From NCBI GenBank assembly GCA_046497275.1, contig JAWOFX010000175.1, positions 1 to 32,000 of the forward strand: 32,000 bases of DNA. Reading direction: 5' to 3'. Origin of the DNA: Promethearchaeia archaeon (lineage in GTDB: Archaea; Asgardarchaeota; Lokiarchaeia; Sigyniarchaeales; SOKP01). Position numbers and translations under genes: made by a program. Positions 1-6,856 of this stretch are shown piece after piece. The notes under the pieces are model-generated. The model was not told where the DNA came from, searched no databases, and was given only the letters and a program-made list of their open reading frames with translations. Position 1 is the stretch's first letter, and each line of letters begins with the position of its first letter.

Positions 1-356
1 TTAATCCATCGATTATCAAACACTTCTGTGTTAATCTCCTCATTGAGTTTTATTTGTCTTTTCACTTCCTTTTTAGGGATTAGAGGTAATATTGGATGGA
101 ATTTAGCGGTGCCCACAATTTCTATTTTATTGTCTTCTATTAATTCTATTAGTAAATCAATTGAGTCCGACATTCCGTATTCTTTTAATAATTCTATGAG
201 TATACCATTAATATTTAAACAGAATTTAGCATTTTGGTGAGAAGCAATTTCATTGAATAAGGGTTTATAACACTGATCATTGATTTTTCTTAATATATCA
301 ATATCTTGAGTGGGTGGCTGATAAATGTGTAGTAAAGGTGCCCAATAGGTAGTCAT
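1..356 (-). CDS. Glycoside hydrolase family 57 protein, N-terminal part (runs off the left edge)
   Basis: Not in the ORF track. Manual translation from ATG at 356 is open to position 1: MTTYWAPLLHIYQPPTQDIDILRKINDQCYKPLF...LNINGILIELL...IEIVGTAKFHPILPLIP. HxYQP and GxxxxHPILPL match GH57 conserved regions 1 and 2. Confidence 0.85.
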   Translation of the reverse strand, partial: MTTYWAPLLHIYQPPTQDIDILRKINDQCYKPLFNEIASHQNAKFCLNINGILIELLKEYGMSDSIDLLIELIEDNKIEIVGTAKFHPILPLIPKKEVKRQIKLNEEINTEVFDNRWI

Positions 357-507
357 AATGATTTGATAAGTTTTTATTGGTTTTTGATATATTTAATTTT
401 AGATTTAATTTTCATTTTAATAATAGTTCTAATTATTAATTTCCAAATTAAAATTATATATACCTATAAAATAATAATTAATGAGAGCTTAAGAACGTGT
501 TTATTAT

Positions 508-951
508 ATGCCATATTTAGTGAAAGGTGGAAAATTTGTTTATGGTTGGTCTAAAATTAACGATGATAGTGAAATTAAGATACCAGATGAAGCTTTGAGG
601 GATTATAATTTATATAATGCTAAAAAAATTATTTTTATTCCTGGTAGTAAAAAATCAGGTGGAATGGGAATAACGACTGCCGAAAAGTTAAAAAATTCTA
701 AATTAAGGCAGATTTTGAATAGTAATAATCATAAACAAAAAGAAGATCAAACAGATAGAATCATTCTCAATACTCATATCAATCCAGAAGGATATATAAA
801 AATAGAAAAATCGATATTAGATCATTATGGATTAAGAAAGGGAGAACTCTTATTATTAGTGAGAGGGAGTCATCTTGCGTTAGGAATGATCAAAAAAGGT
901 CCGATTTATGAAGAGGCAAAAACACACCCCGAAATCGCCTTATTTGAATAA
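508..951 (+). CDS. AbrB/SpoVT-like (swapped-hairpin) DNA-binding protein, probably tandem domain
   Basis: 147 aa with two similar units: GWSKINDDSEIKIPDEALRDYNL and THINPEGYIKIEKSILDHYGLRKGELLLLV, matching the AbrB-type 'G.I.IP...R..yGl..Gd' pattern. Divergent from the GH57 gene. Confidence 0.6.
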   Translation: MPYLVKGGKFVYGWSKINDDSEIKIPDEALRDYNLYNAKKIIFIPGSKKSGGMGITTAEKLKNSKLRQILNSNNHKQKEDQTDRIILNTHINPEGYIKIEKSILDHYGLRKGELLLLVRGSHLALGMIKKGPIYEEAKTHPEIALFE

Positions 952-980
952 TAGAGAAGTTTTATAATTTATTGTTGTAC

Positions 981-2099
981 TTATTTTTCAATTATAGATT
1001 CCTTAATAGCTGTTCCGAAATGAGTCGCACCAGGACCAATATGCACCAAAACTTTATCGCCAACTGTTAAATCAACTACAGATTTTGCATTTCCCGCTGG
1101 ATCCACTAATCGAATTGTTTCAGCATTTTGACAAATACAATTTATTGGGATCTGTTTACCATTTTTTTGCCCTTGCATTTCAAATCGTAACATTGGGCGA
1201 GTTTCTATTTTGACTCTTCCAACCGATACAATTCGAGCATTCCCTTTTGCATTGACAACTAGCACTTTTTGTCCTCCCTTTAATTCGCTTAAATATTTAG
1301 TTCTATAAATCTCTGAACTCTCTGGATCTTCTTGAGGTACGAGAATATATGCTGAAACATCTCCTGCGTTAACTCGGAAGGGGCGGGAGGCAACAAATTG
1401 AGTTTCGAAAACTTCCGCATGAACAAGAGCAAACCCCATCGCAGTACTTCCTATTAACATACCCTCTCCTGGATGAAGTAATGACGTGGTGTCAACACAT
1501 ACTCTATCACTTTCTGGAATTTTTTGTATACTTCTAATTTCAGCTTCTCCTAAATCAATTTTGAATGAAGTTCCAAGAAGCTTTTTTATCTCTATTATTT
1601 GATTCGCATCCTTAGGTTTAAATAATATCCCATCTACTCCAATTTCTAATGTTTTTAACATTAATTCTGCTTCTTCCACAGTTTCTACTTCAGCAATTAA
1701 TTCTGCATCTTTTTTATGAATTTCTGCGATTAAATTTTCAAAGGGAATGATTTTCCAATCTTTCGCACTGACTATTAATAAATCAATATTTATCAAATTT
1801 GATAATTTTTTTATCTCTGCTTCATCGTCTTTGGTTGTTAATTCTTTATAATATGCAACACCCTTTGGAAGATCGCTCTGTGAGAGATATTGATTCAAAT
1901 CATCCTGTGTTTCAAACAAAATGTAATCAGACTGTAATTCTTTTTCTTTTGCGATAATTTTGATACGATCTATATCTTTAAATTCTTCATAGGTGTTTTG
2001 AGTAATGAAAAAATTCAAAATATCTCTATTAAATGCTTCTTGGACCAATTCCTTAAAATTATCCGTTTTTTCGGTAAAGTTCAAAATAATTCTTTTCAT
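981..2099 (-). CDS. aroB': 3-dehydroquinate synthase II (archaeal type)
   Basis: Motifs DWKIIPFENLIA, DRVCVDT, RPFRVNAG, YLSELKGG, GRVKIE.RP, QNAETIRL and C-terminal HFG.AIKESIIEK. ATG at 2099 preferred over the track's TTG at 2108. Confidence 0.92.
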   Translation of the reverse strand: MKRIILNFTEKTDNFKELVQEAFNRDILNFFITQNTYEEFKDIDRIKIIAKEKELQSDYILFETQDDLNQYLSQSDLPKGVAYYKELTTKDDEAEIKKLSNLINIDLLIVSAKDWKIIPFENLIAEIHKKDAELIAEVETVEEAELMLKTLEIGVDGILFKPKDANQIIEIKKLLGTSFKIDLGEAEIRSIQKIPESDRVCVDTTSLLHPGEGMLIGSTAMGFALVHAEVFETQFVASRPFRVNAGDVSAYILVPQEDPESSEIYRTKYLSELKGGQKVLVVNAKGNARIVSVGRVKIETRPMLRFEMQGQKNGKQIPINCICQNAETIRLVDPAGNAKSVVDLTVGDKVLVHIGPGATHFGTAIKESIIEK

Positions 2100-2234
2100 A
2101 ACTTTCAAATTTTGGTCTATATTAATTTTTTTTACTTATAATAATTTTATTTTTTTGATAATTGAAGTTTTTCCAAAAATAATTTTAAATTTCTGGATTT
2201 ATAATTATATAACTAGAGTAAAAAATAATCATAT

Positions 2235-2240
2235 AGGTGA
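2235..2240 (+). promoter_or_regulatory. Shine-Dalgarno site AGGTGA
   Basis: Matches the archaeal anti-SD core (GGAGGTGA) and lies 7 nt before the in-frame ATC at 2248. Similar (A/G)GTGA or AGGT sites precede several other genes in this window. Confidence 0.6.
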
Positions 2241-2247
2241 CTAAAAA

Positions 2248-2898
2248 ATCGGTCTTAAAGATAAACTTTTCCCAAAGAAGGGAAGTGACAAAGATATCAC
2301 AATAACCAAAGCGAAAAGCCATATTCGAAAACTTGCATTGATGAACAAAAATTACACTAAACGAGCTGAGATCAGTAGAAAGAATGCTAAAATTGCCTTG
2401 AAGCGTGGTGAAAAAAATAGAGCAAAGAACTATTTAATACAATATAAAAGTTATCAAAATAAAATTGACCGAACAAATAATATTCGGTCAAAAATAGAAA
2501 GACAAATTCAAGCAATAGAAGAAGGGCAATTGGTTTCTCAAACTGGAGATCTAATGGGCGGAATGAGAGATGAACTTAAAGAAATTGCTACTACTGCATC
2601 ACCTACCAGAGCAGCGGAAATAAATGAAGATGCTGAATTATATGTCACTGAAATAGAGGAAGCTGCAGAAATATTAGCTGGAGATCCAGAAATTGATTTG
2701 GCTATTGATGTGAATGATGAATTAGAACAATTAGAGACGGAAATGTTGCTTGAGCAAGGAGGCACAATGCCTGAAGTCCCTTCAGACGAATTACAATATA
2801 TCTCTGAATTTGATACGGAATTAGAAGAACCTGAACTTCAAGATAAAGAAAAGTTAGAGAAAGAAATTGAAAAGTTAAGAAAAGAATTAGAAGAATAA
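2248..2898 (+). CDS. ESCRT-III / Snf7-family protein (Vps20/32/60-like), probable non-AUG start, 216 aa
   Basis: The frame is open from 2245, giving (M)GLKDKLFPKKGSDKDITITKAKSHIRKL before the track start at 2338. Basic helical hairpin AKIALKRGEKNRAKNYLIQYKSYQNKI and IERQIQAIEE, acidic C-terminal half, MPEVPS motif and terminal amphipathic helix fit the Snf7 family. Confidence 0.85.
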   Translation: MGLKDKLFPKKGSDKDITITKAKSHIRKLALMNKNYTKRAEISRKNAKIALKRGEKNRAKNYLIQYKSYQNKIDRTNNIRSKIERQIQAIEEGQLVSQTGDLMGGMRDELKEIATTASPTRAAEINEDAELYVTEIEEAAEILAGDPEIDLAIDVNDELEQLETEMLLEQGGTMPEVPSDELQYISEFDTELEEPELQDKEKLEKEIEKLRKELEE

Positions 2899-3004
2899 AT
2901 TCATAAATCTCTCATTTTTCATACTATATATTCCTTCTTTATTTAAATTCTTTAATAACCCTAATTTAAATCTTATAGATTTCATTGAAAATTGAAAGAT
3001 AGAA

Positions 3005-4030
3005 TTATTTGAAACTTCTTAGTGCAAAAACCATATTATTTAATTTCCGTATGGTAATCTCATAGGCAAAATTCTCTTCGAATGCATCCTTTAGGGGTTT
3101 AAATCCACAATCTGGTTTAATAATTAAATTTTCTTCTCCATATAATTCAATTGCTTTCTTTATAGTTTGTTTAATTGTTGAAGTCTCCTCAACGTAATCT
3201 TCTATTTTACCATCTTTTTTTGGTTTAATCTTTGTTTCTACTGCCCCAAATCCAAGAAATTTATCATGCTGTTCAAAATGTGATTTTTCAAAAATGTCAT
3301 AATTCTGTTCATTTGTTTGAAATTCATGATCTAAGATATTCACATTTGTTTCTAAGAGAATATCTCTCAAATTTGGGTTTAATTGACCACAGACATGAAT
3401 TGAAGAAAAACTAGATATACCTGAAATTGCTTTATTTAAGATCTCGATAATAAAATCTTTTGAATGAAACATTGTTCTTCGACCTACAATGAGACCTAAA
3501 ATTGGCTCATCCATTGAGATAATATCGATACCCATATCATTATAAGCTTTTCCAATTTGTTTCATTATTTCTGCTAATTTCTCAACGATCCATCCAACCA
3601 TAATCGCTTTTGGTTCCTTAAAGAGCATAGGTTTTTTTCCCTCAGCCAAAGATCCTTTTAAAATGATCTCACTAGCTAAGGTAAATGGTCCAGTTAAACA
3701 TGCTTTAGTTCCCTTGATTTTCTGTTTAAGAGTAGGATTATTATTCAAATATTCAACCAAAAATGTTCCATATTCTAAAGCAACGGATTTTTTTGGAAGC
3801 TCAAAATCACCATTTAAAAAAAATTGGTTATTATTCTCTTGTAGTTCTGGAATTGTTTGGGATAATGGGGTTAAAAATTGAGAGATCATTGAAACCAATT
3901 GCGGATAACATGGGAAATCGATTCCAATATTGATTTGGTCCTGAAAAGCGCGCTCCATGTTGACTGGGGTATTTTCCAAGGGGATACTCCCTACAACCGT
4001 TGTTGATAACCCAAGATCTTCCACTTTCAT
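3005..4030 (-). CDS. metE: Short cobalamin-independent methionine synthase-like protein (catalytic domain only, core-MetE/MesA type)
   Basis: 341 aa with TTVVGSIP, TGPFTLA, DEP, and the Zn-ligand motifs HVCG, HEF and PDCGF. Lacks the N-terminal folate-binding half of bacterial MetE. Confidence 0.85.
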   Translation of the reverse strand: MKVEDLGLSTTVVGSIPLENTPVNMERAFQDQINIGIDFPCYPQLVSMISQFLTPLSQTIPELQENNNQFFLNGDFELPKKSVALEYGTFLVEYLNNNPTLKQKIKGTKACLTGPFTLASEIILKGSLAEGKKPMLFKEPKAIMVGWIVEKLAEIMKQIGKAYNDMGIDIISMDEPILGLIVGRRTMFHSKDFIIEILNKAISGISSFSSIHVCGQLNPNLRDILLETNVNILDHEFQTNEQNYDIFEKSHFEQHDKFLGFGAVETKIKPKKDGKIEDYVEETSTIKQTIKKAIELYGEENLIIKPDCGFKPLKDAFEENFAYEITIRKLNNMVFALRSFK

Positions 4031-4084
4031 AAATAAAATAAGGTTTATCTAAATTTAAAATTTAATTATAAAATAATAAAAAAA

Positions 4085-6238
4085 TTAGCTAAAATATTTC
4101 TTATTATCAAACTTGCGCCCAATATTTCGTATCGACTCATCCTCTCTGATTCGACCATCTAGATTTCGAATTTTTTTATTTATTATGTAGAGGTCTTGCT
4201 TAAGATTTTTAAACGCTCTTAAATAATCCACTTCAGTGATTTTTCCTTCATCAAACTTGGAATCTAAGTTTTTTAAAGTTTCAATAATACTGAATCTTTC
4301 TTTTTTTAATTCGAGCATATGTTCTTGGTTTTCATCTTTTTCTTCAAAAAGACCATCGTTTTGATACTTGCTTGGATCAAATGATAAATCATTATCTCTA
4401 AAAAATTCTGATAGATAATTTCGATTATAATCATGAATAGAAGGATTATTCCTATTTGTATTATATAATGATTCAGAAGATCGATTTAATGATTCTGCGT
4501 TTATAAAATCGCTCAAAGCTCTGTCAAGATTACTCTTCACATTATATCCTTCTTTTTGAGCTCGTTCCAATTTTTTCATCAAAATATTCTTATCTTCAGG
4601 ATTTAATGGATTTGGTTGGTTTCTAGCAAAAATTCGTGAATCGTAATTCTGATATCTATTTGGATATAATATATTTTGGAATTGGAAATTGTTTGGATCA
4701 TTAACATAATTCGGATGATTTTGATATTGATGAGGATATTGATGGGGGTATGAGGAGACCGGTTGATAGAGGTGGGGCTGATTATTTTGAAGAGTTGAAT
4801 ATTCTTGTGAATAAGGCGGTATATTATAGGGATTTATAAAATAATTTGGTGGAGGGGTTGAATTTTGGTTATAATGTTGATTCTGATTATTTCCTCGAAA
4901 ATAATCATTTTGAGGAGGAAAAGTATTATTATTGTGATAACTATTGGGAGAATTTTGAAACCTAGTAGTTCTTTGGTGTTGAAGACCTAAATGATCTGAG
5001 TCGAAATTTTTCTCATTATTGAGTTTGCATTTTAAACTGAAGAACGAATTGATTCCATCTTCGATAAAATTCTTTAAATTCGTAAGATCTATTTTTAAAT
5101 TTTCAATTATATTAGCAGATTTTTTGTCATAAATAGCAGTTTCATCGAAATTTCTTGCGAGTAAAATATATTCAATAACTCTTGAAATTGCTTTATTTGG
5201 GAGAGAAAATTCATATTCCCCATAGGCGAATTTTACAAAAAGTCTTTTGAATAACTTTCCTTTTTCTTTGATTCTCTGAAGATCATCTACAGGGGCTTTA
5301 AATATTAGTTCTTGCTTTGTCTTTAATAATCCATATTCATGAACAAATGATAAATCTAAATTGGTAATAAATAAGATGCCTTTATTTCTTTTGAATATAT
5401 CTTGGTAATTTGTACCATTGGATAATTTAGCATTGATCGCATAAACTGGTTTTTCATCTTCTGCTAAATTTATAAACCTTTTGTACTCAGTAAAATATTT
5501 ATTAATCTTTTCGATAAATGAGAGGTTTTTTTTTATAGAATCGATATCTTTATTCATTGATTCTATATTACTTTCAATAAAATCTCTAATTGATTGATTA
5601 CTTCTATATAGATTTTCTAATATTCCTTCAATAATTCTTATGCTAGTATTAGGTTGAGAATAAATGTCAAAAAAGTATTCTTTATTAAGCGAAAGGTGAT
5701 GAAAATGAATACTTATTTTCTCCATCATTTGATCTTCAATATATTTCACAAGTTTAAACAAAGAAAGGAGTTCTGCTTCCATTTTAGGGAAATGATAGCA
5801 TTTTATAGGTGGAGCTCTTGCTTTTTTTATTTTTTGTCTTAACACATAAAGTCCATTAACAAGATCCCTGAGAGGATCGATAAAATTTCGTGTTTCTTTA
5901 ATTAATTCTAAAAAAGACTGTTCTAATTTTTCTTTTTTTTCATAAATATTAATAATCCGATGAGAATGGCATTTTGGACAAGATTTAATATATTGTGTGA
6001 TCTGGATTACATTATCACTCTCACAGTCTTTACATATTTTTATTGTTTCACCTTTCTTAGAATCGGATTCCTTTATGTCTATATTTTTTGAATTACAATC
6101 TTGGCATACAAATGTTTCTACTTTATCATCATCTAAACAATCAGAGCAACAACTAGCACCACAATTCTCACAATAATAAGCTAAAGGCTCTCTTCCTTGG
6201 CAGAATCTACAGAAATTTTCTGATTTATGCTCTGACAT
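4085..6238 (-). CDS. Multidomain protein: Cys-rich zinc fingers, coiled coil, PH/GRAM-like segment, N/Q/Y/P low-complexity region, C-terminal helical (steadiness-box/SHOCT-like) hairpin
   Basis: 717-aa ORF with AAGGTAA upstream of the ATG. 13 Cys in aa 10-90, mostly CxxC. The coding status is clear, but the domain names come from pattern recognition only. Confidence 0.75.
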   Translation of the reverse strand: MSEHKSENFCRFCQGREPLAYYCENCGASCCSDCLDDDKVETFVCQDCNSKNIDIKESDSKKGETIKICKDCESDNVIQITQYIKSCPKCHSHRIINIYEKKEKLEQSFLELIKETRNFIDPLRDLVNGLYVLRQKIKKARAPPIKCYHFPKMEAELLSLFKLVKYIEDQMMEKISIHFHHLSLNKEYFFDIYSQPNTSIRIIEGILENLYRSNQSIRDFIESNIESMNKDIDSIKKNLSFIEKINKYFTEYKRFINLAEDEKPVYAINAKLSNGTNYQDIFKRNKGILFITNLDLSFVHEYGLLKTKQELIFKAPVDDLQRIKEKGKLFKRLFVKFAYGEYEFSLPNKAISRVIEYILLARNFDETAIYDKKSANIIENLKIDLTNLKNFIEDGINSFFSLKCKLNNEKNFDSDHLGLQHQRTTRFQNSPNSYHNNNTFPPQNDYFRGNNQNQHYNQNSTPPPNYFINPYNIPPYSQEYSTLQNNQPHLYQPVSSYPHQYPHQYQNHPNYVNDPNNFQFQNILYPNRYQNYDSRIFARNQPNPLNPEDKNILMKKLERAQKEGYNVKSNLDRALSDFINAESLNRSSESLYNTNRNNPSIHDYNRNYLSEFFRDNDLSFDPSKYQNDGLFEEKDENQEHMLELKKERFSIIETLKNLDSKFDEGKITEVDYLRAFKNLKQDLYIINKKIRNLDGRIREDESIRNIGRKFDNKKYFS

Positions 6239-6482
6239 TTTAATATTTACCTTTATATGTGAAGAAAGTGTTTTATACCAAATCGCTTTATTATAAGAAG
6301 GAGAGGTATATTTTTATTTAACTATGTTATTTGAATATTACGTTTTTAACTTCAATAAAACGGAAGATTAAACCTATATTTATGAAAATAATATAATTTA
6401 GAAATTGTAAAAACAATCCCGATCGATGTGAAAATGAATAGTTCTTAATTTTAAATTATAGGAAATTTAAAATTCAGAGGGA

Positions 6483-6776
6483 CTATTTTACTATTTTTAT
6501 TTTCTCCCCTAATGCTTGTCCAGGGAGTCCCGCTTTTTTAAAATAAGCACGAACAGCACCATTATTCCCATGTGCGCGGGTTATTTGTCCTTTTAACTCT
6601 TTTCCACTTGGACTATACCATACGACTGTTCTTCCAATAAGTTTATTTGCTACTTTCCTTGTATTTATATTTGGAAACACTAGTACGCATTGTTTAGGAT
6701 GAATTACATGTCGTGATCTTCTGTAATTTGCTATCCTACCCTCCATGCCAATAATCGTTGTTTTACTTTTACTCAT
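6483..6776 (-). CDS. rpl35ae: 50S ribosomal protein L35Ae
   Basis: 97 aa, basic: GRIANYRRS, LIGRTVVWYSPSGK, GQITRAHGNNGAVRAYF, LPGQALG. Confidence 0.95.
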   Translation of the reverse strand: MSKSKTTIIGMEGRIANYRRSRHVIHPKQCVLVFPNINTRKVANKLIGRTVVWYSPSGKELKGQITRAHGNNGAVRAYFKKAGLPGQALGEKIKIVK

Positions 6777-6856
6777 AATATTATCGTTCTTTTCTTACTA
6801 ATTAAGAAACAAAATACTTAAAAAAATAAAAAATTAATTATTATCCTAATGGAATC

